From: an uncultured Selenomonadales bacterium
GTDB lineage: Bacteria; Bacillota; Negativicutes; Acidaminococcales; Acidaminococcaceae
DNA: 64,000 nucleotides
NCBI GenBank assembly: GCA_900315805.1
Contig: ONAN01000002.1
Span: forward strand, 151,701 to 215,700
Direction of reading: 5' to 3'
Part shown: piece after piece, positions 29,181 through 38,200 of the stretch
Position numbering within the stretch: the stretch's first letter is position 1
How the letters are laid out: every line of letters begins with the position of its first letter
The notes under the pieces: generated by a model
Seen by the model: the letters and a program-made list of their open reading frames with translations, nothing else
What the model was told of the DNA's origin: nothing
The model's database searches: none
Translations under genes and position numbers: made by a program

Positions 29181-29231
29181 ATTATACCACTTTGTAAATA
29201 TTCTGTAAAAAGTCTGTAAAAAGAATGTAAA
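29181..29231 (-). promoter_or_regulatory. Promoter of the ABC operon: extended -10 plus four TTTACA direct repeats at 11-bp period (Pho-box-like)
   Basis: Minus strand reads TTTTTTACATT CTTTTTACAGA CTTTTTACAGA ATATTTACAAA GTGGTATAAT. Confidence 0.7.
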
Positions 29232-29269
29232 AAACCTCACGGCCCTTCCGGGGAGGGAAACCGTGAGGT
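29229..29269 (-). terminator. glyA terminator
   Basis: ACCTCACGG / CCGTGAGGT stem with a T-run on the minus strand. Confidence 0.65.
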
Positions 29270-29324
29270 GATGGTGTCCGTATTGAATCTGCTTTGCGTC
29301 CGTACGGCGGTACGGCAGCGCCGC

Positions 29325-30578
29325 TTATTCCATGCCGGGATAGAGCGGGTACTTTTTGCACAGTTCCGCAATGCGGGCGTTGCAGTCGGCCGTGACTTTT
29401 TCGTCGTCGGGGTGGTTCAGGATATCGACCATGACCTTGCCGATGACGCGCATGTCGTCTTCCTTCATGCCGCGGGTCGTGAGGGCTGCCGTGCCCAGGC
29501 GGATGCCGCTCGTCACGAAGGGGCTTTCCGTCTCGTTGGGGACGGTGTTCTTGTTGACCGTGATGTGGACCGTGTCCAGGAGTTTTTCCGCCTGCTTGCC
29601 GTTGATGCCCTTGTTGCGGACATCGATGAGGATCAGGTGGTTGTCCGTGCCGCCCGTGACCAGGTTGCAGCCGCCTTTGAGCAGCTCGTCGGCCAGGGCC
29701 TGGGCGTTTACGATGATGCCGTGGGCGTATTCCTTGAAGGAAGGCTGCAGGGCCTCTTTCAGGGCGACGGCCTTGGCGGCGATGACGTGCATCAGGGGAC
29801 CGCCCTGCATGCCCGGGAAGACGGCCTTGTCGATGGCCTTGCCGAACTGTTCACGGCACAGGATCAGGCCGCCGCGGGGTCCGCGCAGGGTCTTGTGGGT
29901 CGTGGTGCTCACGATGTCGGCGTAGGGCACAGGGCTCGGATGATACCCTGCGGCAACCAGGCCGGCGATGTGGGCCATGTCCACGAAGAGCAGGGCGCCG
30001 TTGTCGTGGGCGATTTCCGCGAATTTGGCGAAGTCGATGATGCGGGGGTAGGCGCTGGCGCCGGCGACGATCATCTTCGGTTTCAATTCTTTGGCCATTT
30101 TGGCGACAGCGTCGTAGTCGATGCGCTGCGTTTCCGGATTCAGTCCGTAGCCGTGGAAATCATACAGCGTGCCCGAGGCATTCACTTTGCTGCCGTGGGT
30201 CAGGTGGCCGCCGTTGGACAGGTCCATGCCCAGCACGGTGTCGCCCGGCTTCAGCGTGGCGAAGTAGACGGCCAGGTTGGCCTGCGCGCCGGAATGGGGC
30301 TGCACGTTCGCGTGTTCCGCGCCGAACAGCTTTTTGGCCCGCTCGATGGCCAGGTTTTCCGCTATATCCACGAACTGGCAGCCGCCGTAATAGCGGTGTC
30401 CGGGATATCCTTCGGCGTACTTGTTCGTCATGACACTGCCCATGGCCTCCATGACGGCGACGCTCGTATGGTTTTCAGACGCAATCATTTCCAGATTGTT
30501 CTGCTGCCGTTCCTTTTCCAGTTCAATGGCATTGTAAATCTCTTCATCTACGGCTTTCAGTTCCGGTTTTTCCAGCAT
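29325..30578 (-). CDS. glyA: Serine hydroxymethyltransferase
   Basis: [44 protein letters not shown]. Confidence 0.98.
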   Translation of the reverse strand: MLEKPELKAVDEEIYNAIELEKERQQNNLEMIASENHTSVAVMEAMGSVMTNKYAEGYPGHRYYGGCQFVDIAENLAIERAKKLFGAEHANVQPHSGAQANLAVYFATLKPGDTVLGMDLSNGGHLTHGSKVNASGTLYDFHGYGLNPETQRIDYDAVAKMAKELKPKMIVAGASAYPRIIDFAKFAEIAHDNGALLFVDMAHIAGLVAAGYHPSPVPYADIVSTTTHKTLRGPRGGLILCREQFGKAIDKAVFPGMQGGPLMHVIAAKAVALKEALQPSFKEYAHGIIVNAQALADELLKGGCNLVTGGTDNHLILIDVRNKGINGKQAEKLLDTVHITVNKNTVPNETESPFVTSGIRLGTAALTTRGMKEDDMRVIGKVMVDILNHPDDEKVTADCNARIAELCKKYPLYPGME

Positions 30579-30827
30579 GATTCAGACCCCCTGACAAAAA
30601 TAGACATGATAGTTCACTTTATTTCCGCGCCCCTTTGGGTTTGCGGTCCCAGGAAAGGGATACATCGTGATTCATAAGCTCATTATACCAAATTTCCGAC
30701 CCTTTGCAATGAAACGGCGGCAAAAGGGACGTTTTCCGGGAAAATATACAAAAAAGTGTAAAGCCGTTGCGCCAAACCGCCCGAATGTCTGATATAATGA
30801 TGGTATTAATGTACGGAGGTTCTACTC

Positions 30828-31784
30828 ATGGCCAACATGGAAAAACGCATCAAGAAAATTTCCGAAAGCATCCTCGCCGATTATGCAAAAGGCCGTACCA
30901 TTGACAAGAGCACGGGCTTTTCCGGACCGGACATGGACGCGGTCATCGATATTCTGGACAAACTGCAGAAAATCCTGTTCCCGGGCTATTTCCGCATCAA
31001 GTCCTATCATTATTACACGGCGGAAAACAACCTGCAGACTTTGGTGGAAGATGTCCTGTTCAATCTCAGCAAGCAAATCACCCGCTTCATCCGCTTCCTG
31101 CCGGAATACGCCGACAAGGATTACCGGACCTGCCAGAACCGCGGGCAGGAGCTGGCCCTGGAGTTCATGTCGCGCATCCCGAAGATCCGCGACCTGGTCG
31201 ATTCCACGGTGCAGGCCGAGTACGACGGCGACCCGGCGGCGTTCAACAAGGACGAGATCATCTACTGCTACCCCGGCATGTACGCCATCATGGTCTTCCG
31301 CCTGGCCCACGAGTTCTATGAGCTGAACGTGCCCATGCTGCCGCGCATCATGACGGAATACGCCCACGGCAAGACGGGCATCGATATCCATCCCGGCGCC
31401 ACCATCGGCCGCAATTTCTTCATTGACCACGGCACGGGCATCGTCGTCGGCGAGACGACGGTCATCGGCAACAACGTGAAGGTCTACCAGGGGGTCACCA
31501 TCGGCGCCCTGTCGACCCGCGGCGGCCAGAAGCTGCACGGCAAAAAGCGCCATCCGACCATCGAGGACAACGTCACCATCTATTCCGGTGCCTCCATTTT
31601 GGGCGGCGACACGGTCATCGGCCACGATTCCGTCATCGGCGGCAACACCTTCATCACCATGTCCGTACCGCCCGGATCGAATGTCAGCATCAAGAGCCAG
31701 GAACTGCACTTCAACGACGACAACAAGCCCGATTCCAAGCCCAAGGACCTGGAACAGGCCGAAACCTGGTTCTATACGATTTGA
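30828..31784 (+). CDS. cysE: Serine O-acetyltransferase (long EpsC-like form)
   Basis: DGDPAA, YPG, GIDIHPGATIG, IDHGTG, KRHPTIED. Confidence 0.9.
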   Translation: MANMEKRIKKISESILADYAKGRTIDKSTGFSGPDMDAVIDILDKLQKILFPGYFRIKSYHYYTAENNLQTLVEDVLFNLSKQITRFIRFLPEYADKDYRTCQNRGQELALEFMSRIPKIRDLVDSTVQAEYDGDPAAFNKDEIIYCYPGMYAIMVFRLAHEFYELNVPMLPRIMTEYAHGKTGIDIHPGATIGRNFFIDHGTGIVVGETTVIGNNVKVYQGVTIGALSTRGGQKLHGKKRHPTIEDNVTIYSGASILGGDTVIGHDSVIGGNTFITMSVPPGSNVSIKSQELHFNDDNKPDSKPKDLEQAETWFYTI

Positions 31785-31787
31785 TTG

Positions 31788-31816
31788 TTGACAAATCCGC
31801 TCCTGCATGCTATTAT
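31788..31816 (+). promoter_or_regulatory. Sigma-A promoter of rplU-prp-rpmA
   Basis: TTGACA-17 nt-TATTAT with a TG extension. Confidence 0.8.
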
Positions 31817-31821
31817 TTTTC

Positions 31822-31922
31822 AGTATGGACGATTCCCGCTCCGGGCGTAGTCCGTCCCCAACCGCTCAACGAGGTTCCGTAAACTTTTCCTCCGGAAAAG
31901 TACCGAAATTGGCGAGTATACG
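31822..31922 (+). ncRNA. Probable L21 ribosomal protein leader
   Basis: Structured roughly 120-nt 5' UTR of rplU with hairpins and a terminal GGCGAGT motif that I recall from Firmicute L21 leaders; not confirmed by a covariance search. Confidence 0.45.
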
Positions 31923-31940
31923 ATAAGGGAGGTGCAACAC

Positions 31941-32252
31941 ATGTACGCAATCATCAAAACCGGCGGCAAACAGTATCGTGTACAGGAAGGCGATGTCCTG
32001 AATGTAGAAAAGCTGGATGCCGAAAAAGACGCTGAAGTAGTATTTGACGAAGTCCTGGCTATCGTGAACGACGGTGAAGTCACTGTCGGCAAACCGGTAG
32101 TGGAAGGTGCCAAGGTTACCGCTACTGTCGTGGAACAGGGTAAAGCGGACAAAGTCCTGGTCTTCAAATACAGAGCTAAATCCAACTACCGCAAACGCGC
32201 TGGCCATCGTCAGCCGTTCACGACCGTTAAGATCAGCGGCATCCAGGCTTAA
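31941..32252 (+). CDS. rplU: 50S ribosomal protein L21
   Basis: [21 protein letters not shown]. Confidence 0.98.
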   Translation: MYAIIKTGGKQYRVQEGDVLNVEKLDAEKDAEVVFDEVLAIVNDGEVTVGKPVVEGAKVTATVVEQGKADKVLVFKYRAKSNYRKRAGHRQPFTTVKISGIQA

Positions 32253-32263
32253 TCTGGAACGTC

Positions 32264-32605
32264 ATGATCACGATCGAAATCAGCAAGAACAAGTCGGGCC
32301 TCTACACGGGCTACCGCGCCAAAGGGCACGCCAAGGACGCGCCGGCGGGGGAGAGCGTGGTATGCGCCTGGGTTTCCGCGGTGACGCAGATGACCCTCAT
32401 CGGCTTGGAAAGCGAATTGAAATTTCCCGTCGCGTATACGGCGGATCCGGAATCGGGTCTCCTGGCAGTTCAGCTGCAGAAGGAACCCGATGCAAAAAGC
32501 CAGCTGCTGATCGGGTCCATGGTACGGACCTTGCGGCAATTGGCAGCAGAATGTCCCAAAGATGTTCGAGTTCGCGAACATGGAGGTGAAAGTACGAATG
32601 TTTAA
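32264..32605 (+). CDS. prp: Ribosomal-processing cysteine protease Prp
   Basis: GHA...VVCAWVS catalytic His/Cys; between rplU and rpmA. Confidence 0.9.
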   Translation: MITIEISKNKSGLYTGYRAKGHAKDAPAGESVVCAWVSAVTQMTLIGLESELKFPVAYTADPESGLLAVQLQKEPDAKSQLLIGSMVRTLRQLAAECPKDVRVREHGGESTNV

Positions 32606-32888
32606 GATTATTCTGCAGTTACATGCACATAAAAAAGGTACCGGTTCTTCCCACAACGGCCGTGATTCCAACGCACAGCGCCTGGGCATCAAGGCTCACG
32701 AAGACAAGGTTGTGACCGCCGGCAGCATCATCATGCGCCAGCACGGCACCAAGTTCCATCCCGGCAAAAACGTCGGCATGGGCCGCGACTACACCATCTA
32801 CGCCAAAGTGGACGGCAAAGTCAAATTTGAACGCGTAGGCCGCGACGGCCGTCAGATCAGCGTTTACCCCGTTGAAAAGGAAGCCTGA
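32598..32888 (+). CDS. rpmA: 50S ribosomal protein L27 with N-terminal extension
   Basis: [25 protein letters not shown]; GGAGGT RBS. Confidence 0.97.
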   Translation: MFKIILQLHAHKKGTGSSHNGRDSNAQRLGIKAHEDKVVTAGSIIMRQHGTKFHPGKNVGMGRDYTIYAKVDGKVKFERVGRDGRQISVYPVEKEA

Positions 32889-32903
32889 TTCCTGATTAAC
32901 CTG

Positions 32904-32936
32904 TATCCTCCCTGGATTTCCGGGGAGGATATTTTT
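32904..32936 (+). terminator. Terminator after rpmA
   Basis: TATCCTCCCTGGA / CCGGGGAGGATA plus TTTTT. Confidence 0.75.
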
Positions 32937-33006
32937 ATATGCCTGCGGCCGGCAACGTGATATAATAAGCTATCTTTTGCAATCATCCTTCTGGGGGTAT
33001 CCGGTC

Positions 33007-34137
33007 TTGAAACGAAATCTCGTCATCGATCATCTGCGCGGCCTGGCCATGCTCGGCGTCATCGGCATCCATATCGGCACCTTCGTGCTCGATTCCTCGA
33101 CGCCGCGCCTGGACATTTTTCTGCTGCTGCAGATTTTCACGCGCTTTGCCGTGCCCGCGTTCTTCTTCATTTCGGGCTACGGCCTCTTCTGCAATGACGC
33201 GCTGCACAAGCCGTTCCATTACGTGGCTTCCGTGCGGCACCATCTGCGCACGGTCGGCGTGCCGTACCTGGTCTGGTCCCTGTTCTATATCGCCTTGTGG
33301 CAGCGAGAAGACATGATCCGCCCCGACGGCAGCTTTTCCCTGTCGGTCCTGATCGTCAAGCTGCTGCTGGGGGAAGGCTGCTACCATATCTACTTCCTCG
33401 TGATCCTGCTGGGATTCTATTTCACCCTGCCGTTCTGGCGCTGGCTGGTACGCGTCACGGACCGCGGGACGAAGCTGGGCACGGGCCTGTGCCTGGCGGT
33501 GCTGGCGGCCCTGCAGCTTGCCCTGTACCATTGGAACGCCGTCTATTGGAGCTATCCGGGCTGGACGGCCCACTATAAGATCATCATCCGTTTGCTGAAC
33601 GAGCGCATGAACTACATCCCGCTGTTTTACGGGTTCGTGTTCGTCCTGGGCGGCCTCTGCGCCGTTCACGAGGACGCCGTGCGCGGCTGGCTGCGGACGC
33701 ACCTGGGGACGACGCTGGCGCTGCTGCTCGTGTCCTGCGGTGTCTACCTGCACAGCTTTTTCGGGTATCTGGCGGGCGGCATGGAGCTGGCCTCCATTCC
33801 GGAACACCTGACGCAGCTCACGCCGCAGGGGCTGCTTTACACGGTCTGCTGGCTGCTCTTCTTCTGCGCCCTTCTGGAACGCCTGTCCGGGCACCGGCTG
33901 CTCTTCCTGAAGGTGCTTTCGGCGTATTCCATGGTCATCTACCTGATCCACCCCTGGTTCATCAATTTCTGGTACAGCGCCCTGGGCTGGCTGGGCTTTG
34001 CCTTCGACCAGGTCCCCGTGCTGCTGTTCTATGTCCTGGTGCTCCTGTCGTCCCTGGCGGCCGGCATGGTGATCCAGGCCCTGGCGGCGCGGTTCCGTAC
34101 CTTCGGCATCCTCGTCCTCGGGCGGCAGCCGGGTTAA
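33007..34137 (+). CDS. Acyltransferase-3 family (OafA/WecH-like) multi-pass O-acyltransferase
   Basis: IDHLRGLAMLGVIGIH, RFAVPAFFFISGY, YH.YF, YSMVIYLIHP; TTG start with GGGGG RBS; TGnTATAAT at 32958-32966. Confidence 0.85.
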   Translation: MKRNLVIDHLRGLAMLGVIGIHIGTFVLDSSTPRLDIFLLLQIFTRFAVPAFFFISGYGLFCNDALHKPFHYVASVRHHLRTVGVPYLVWSLFYIALWQREDMIRPDGSFSLSVLIVKLLLGEGCYHIYFLVILLGFYFTLPFWRWLVRVTDRGTKLGTGLCLAVLAALQLALYHWNAVYWSYPGWTAHYKIIIRLLNERMNYIPLFYGFVFVLGGLCAVHEDAVRGWLRTHLGTTLALLLVSCGVYLHSFFGYLAGGMELASIPEHLTQLTPQGLLYTVCWLLFFCALLERLSGHRLLFLKVLSAYSMVIYLIHPWFINFWYSALGWLGFAFDQVPVLLFYVLVLLSSLAAGMVIQALAARFRTFGILVLGRQPG

Positions 34138-34150
34138 AACTTCAAAGCAT

Positions 34151-34187
34151 AAAAAAAAGGGCCGGTCACTTGCGTGACCGGCTTTTT
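34151..34187. terminator. Bidirectional terminator (acyltransferase / hsp20)
   Basis: A8-GG-GCCGGTCAC-TTGC-GTGACCGGC-T5. Confidence 0.85.
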
Positions 34188-34205
34188 CAAAGGGGAGAAA
34201 AACAT

Positions 34206-34263
34206 TTGAGGAGTGTTACTTGAGGGGTAACTTGAGGGTTGTTTGAGAATTTTGAGGGGTAAC
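34206..34263 (-). repeat. Five TTGAG-core short repeats (CTCAA on the hsp20 mRNA strand)
   Basis: TTGAG at 34206, 34220, 34232, 34243, 34252; TTGAGGGGTAAC is exact at 34220 and 34252. Confidence 0.8.
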
Positions 34264-34298
34264 GTGAAAGGGTGTGTTGTCAAACTAAAGGGGGTATA

Positions 34299-34760
34299 TC
34301 AGCCTTCAATTGCGATGTACTTGTTCTGGTCGATTTCCTTGGCGTCCTTCTTGGGAATGCTCAGTTTCAGCACGCCGTCTTCGAATTTCGCCTTGATGTC
34401 CTCATTGGTGAGGGCTTCGCCGACATAGAAGCTGCGGCTGCAGGTTCCGCTGTAACGTTCCTGACGCAGATACTTGCCTTCTTTGTTCTTTTCGTCCTTA
34501 TCGAGGGCTTTGGAAGCGACAATGGTCAGGTAACCTTTTTCCAGCTGTACCTGGATGTTCTCTTTCGAGAAGCCCGGCAGGTCTACATCCATCTCGTAGG
34601 TCTTGTCGGTTTCGCGGATATCGGTCTTCATGATGTTGCCCGCATGTTTGCCATACAGGGGATTGCCTTTGCCGAAGAAGGCGGAAGGATTCATCAGGCC
34701 GTAGTTGTCATCATTCCAATCATCAAATACGTTTTCACCAAAAATGCTCGGAAACATCAT
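34299..34760 (-). CDS. Hsp20/alpha-crystallin small heat-shock protein
   Basis: MKTDIRE, DLPGFSK, ERYSG.CSRSF, AKFEDGVLKLSIPK; GGAGG RBS. Confidence 0.95.
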   Translation of the reverse strand: MMFPSIFGENVFDDWNDDNYGLMNPSAFFGKGNPLYGKHAGNIMKTDIRETDKTYEMDVDLPGFSKENIQVQLEKGYLTIVASKALDKDEKNKEGKYLRQERYSGTCSRSFYVGEALTNEDIKAKFEDGVLKLSIPKKDAKEIDQNKYIAIEG

Positions 34761-34936
34761 AATACATTCCTCCAATCGTTATGTGAATCTGTTTGTTTGT
34801 GAAGTTTGGAAACTCGGAAAGGCGGTTGACTTTTTGACTTTCGGCTCCAAAAGAATCGGCCTCGCGGCCGTTTCCCAGCGCCTCCGTCCAGCACCTTTGT
34901 GGTTCTCTCGGAAGCCTCTCTTTTGTTTCTAAGCAT

Positions 34937-34979
34937 ATACTAGCACATGTTGTTAGCACTGTCAAGTATTGAGTGCTAA
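34937..34979 (-). promoter_or_regulatory. hsp20 sigma-A promoter overlapped by CIRCE (HrcA operator)
   Basis: Minus strand TTAGCACTC-AATACTTGA-CAGTGCTAA (8/9 in the right arm) containing TTGACA; 17 nt later TG-C-TAGTAT. Confidence 0.9.
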
Positions 34980-35288
34980 TTTTTTATAAAATTTTTTTGG
35001 AAATGTGAAAATGGCCTTATAGAGGCGGAAAACGAATATTCCGTAAAACTTGATGCAATTTTATCAAAATAGGTATATAATGTATTGTTAACTGGTGGGA
35101 GTGTCCCCATTCGGACCGGCCCGCCATCCGGCAAGGGCTTCCATTCGGCAGGCGCCGGGCATTCTACTTCCGGCTTGTCCCAAAGGCTTCCATCCGGCCG
35201 GCGGCATGAAGCGGAAGGTGCGCAGGAGAGGCTTTCATGAGGCGGAAACCTGCAGGTATCATTTCTTTTATATAGATGAGGTGTTCAC

Positions 35289-38200
35289 ATGACGAATGAT
35301 TTGAAAGTCGGAATCGATATCGGTTCGACTACGATTAAGACGGTAGTGCTGGATGAAACCGGCCGTATCCTCTACAAGACGTACGGGCGGCATTTCTCCG
35401 ACATTCCCCATGCGCTGACGACGAATCTGCAGGCGCTCAAGGACGTCGTGGGCAAGGAGCGTTTCCGCTTCGCCCTGACCGGCTCGGCCGGCATGGGCAT
35501 CGCCCAGCGTCTGGAGCTGCCTTTCGTGCAGGAAGTCATCGCGGCGGCGACGGCCGTCAAGGAACTGATCCCCCAGACGGATACCATGGTGGAACTGGGC
35601 GGGGAAGACGCCAAGATCATGTACTTCGGGTCTGCGCCGGAAGAGCGCATGAACGGCGTCTGCGCCGGCGGCACGGGTGCCTTCATCGACCAGATGGCGT
35701 CCCTGCTGAATACGGACGCGAAAGGCCTCAATGACCTGGCGGCCAAGGCCCAGCGCATCTATACCATTGCCAGCCGCTGCGGCGTGTTCGCCAAAACGGA
35801 TATCCAGGCCCTCATGAACGACGGCGCTTCGCGCGAGGACATCGCCAAGTCCGTCTTCCAGGCCGTGGTGAACCAGACCATCGGCAACCTGGCCCAGGGA
35901 CGCGAAATCAAGGGCAACGTGGCCTTCCTCGGCGGGCCCCTGACCTTTTTACCGGAATTGAAGAAACGCTTCATCGAGACCCTGAAACTGGCACCGGAAA
36001 ACGTGGTGAACGTGGAAGACGGCGCCTATTTCGTGGCCATCGGCTGCGCCTTGTCCAACGAGACGTGCGAGATGGGCTACGAAGACCTGGTGAAGAACCT
36101 CGACAAGGCCCAGGGCAGCTACGGCATCGTCCGGGACGAACGGCTGGCCCTGTTCCGCAGCAAAGAGGAATACGATGCCTTTGTGGCCCGTCATGACAAA
36201 GACAAGGTGAAACGGGGCGACCTCGCCACCTACCGCGGCCCGCTGTATCTGGGCATCGACGCCGGTTCCACGACGACGAAGATCGTGGCCATCGGCAAGG
36301 ATAAAGAAATCCTTTACACGGATTACGGCAGCAACCAGGGCGAACCGCTGGATGTCGTCATCCGCGAGGTACGCGGCCTCTACAAGGCCATGCCCGAAGG
36401 AACCTGGATTGCCGGCGCCCTGACGACGGGCTACGGCGAAAACATCGTCAAAGCGGCCCTGCATGCCGATGAAGGCGAAGTCGAAACCTTCGCCCATTAC
36501 CGCGCGGCCCGGGAATTCTGCCCCGAAGTGACCTGCGTGCTGGATATCGGCGGTCAGGACATGAAATGCTTCCAGATCCGCGACGGCAACATTGAGAAGA
36601 TCACGCTGAACGAAGCCTGCTCCGCAGGCTGCGGTTCCTTCATCCAGAACTTTGCCCAGGGCCTGCACATGACGGCGGCGGAATTCGCCGACAAGGCCAT
36701 GGACTCCAAGACCCCTGTCGATTTGGGCACGCGCTGCACGGTCTTCATGAACTCCCGCGTCAAGCAGGCGCAGAAGGAAGGCGCCGCCCTGGCGGACATT
36801 TCCGCCGGCATCGGCCTGTCCGTCATCAAGAACGCCCTCTTCAAAGTCATGCAGCTCAAAGACGTAAAGGAACTGGGCGACCACATCGTCGTCCAGGGCG
36901 GCACGTTCTACAATAACGCCGTCCTGCGCAACATGGAGAAACTGCTCGGCAAGGATGTCATCCGTCCGGATATCGCCGGCCTGATGGGCGCCTACGGCGC
37001 AGCCATCCTGACCCTGGAAGCCCATGCGGACGAACCGGACCGCGTTTCCTCCCTGCTGCCGGACGAACAGCTGGAAAACTTCAAGGTCACGTCGCGGTCC
37101 TACCGCTGCAACGGCTGCGGCAACCACTGCCTCGTCACCATGCAGACCTTCCCCGACGGCGGCCGCTTCTTCACGGGCAACCGCTGCGAGCGCGGCGAAG
37201 GCAAACCGAAGAACCTGCACAAGGCGCCGAACATCTACGAATACAAGAACGAGCGCCTGTTCAACTACTATAAACCGCTGCAGAACGCGCCGCGGGGCCG
37301 CATCGGCATCCCCCGCGTCCTGAACATGTACGAGGATTTCCCCTTCTGGGCCACCTTCTTCACGAAACTGGGCTACGAAGTGGTGATTTCCGACAAATCG
37401 TCGGCGCAGATCTACTACAAGGGCATGTCCACCATCCCGTCCGATTCCCTGTGCTATCCGGCCAAGCTGGTGCACGGCCATATCATGGACCTGGTGGAGA
37501 AGGGCCTGAAGAAGATCTTCTATCCCTGCCTGCCCTACAACATGGAAGACGACGTCAACCGTACGGGCAACCATTACAACTGCCCGGTCGTGGCTTCGTA
37601 CGCTGAAAACATCCGCAACAACATGGATATCCTGCGGGAAAAGGGCATCAAGTTCATGGAGCCCTTCCTGCCGATTGCCAGCAAGAAACGCATGCGCCAG
37701 CGCCTGATCGAGGCGTTCGCTTCGGAAAACATTCCGGAAAAGGAACTGACCGACGCCATGAACGCCGCCTACGACGAACTGGAGCATTACCGGGAAGATG
37801 TACGGAAAAAGGGTGCGGAAATCCTGGCTTACGCCAAGGAGCACAAGATGCAGGTCATCCTGCTGGTCGGCCGTCCGTACCATATCGATCCGGAAATCAA
37901 CCACGGCATTCCGGAAATGATCCAGTCCTATAACCTGGCCATCGTATCCGAAGATTCCGTCTACCATATGCCGGTGCAGGAAGACAACCTGTACATCGTC
38001 AACCAGTGGAGCTACCATGCCCGCCTGTACCATGCGGCGGAATTTGCCGCGGCGCATCCCGAAGTGAACCTGATCCAGCTGTCGTCCTTCGGCTGCGGCC
38101 TCGACGCCATTACGACGAACCAGGTACGGGAAATCATGGAGGCCCATAACCGCCTCTACACCATGATCAAGCTGGACGAAGTGACGAACCTCGGTGCTGC

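Noticed and set aside
24681-29300. Genomic island integrated at tRNA-Ser (also considered for tRNA-Val and tRNA-Leu)
   Set aside because: No integrase, no duplicated tRNA 3' end that I could find, and codon/GC style matches the core genes
30579-30680. ZTP, THF or glycine riboswitch upstream of glyA
   Set aside because: The leader of about 97 nt lacks the conserved aptamer cores I would expect; an Rfam scan would settle it
34206-34263. Possible CRISPR array
   Set aside because: Repeats are 5-12 bp with irregular 9-14 bp spacing; no 23-47 bp repeats, unique spacers or cas genes
35095-35292. 65-aa ORF in the activase leader; also 34735-34965 in the hsp20 leader
   Set aside because: Weak start context and no domain signal; they overlap promoter/leader sequence
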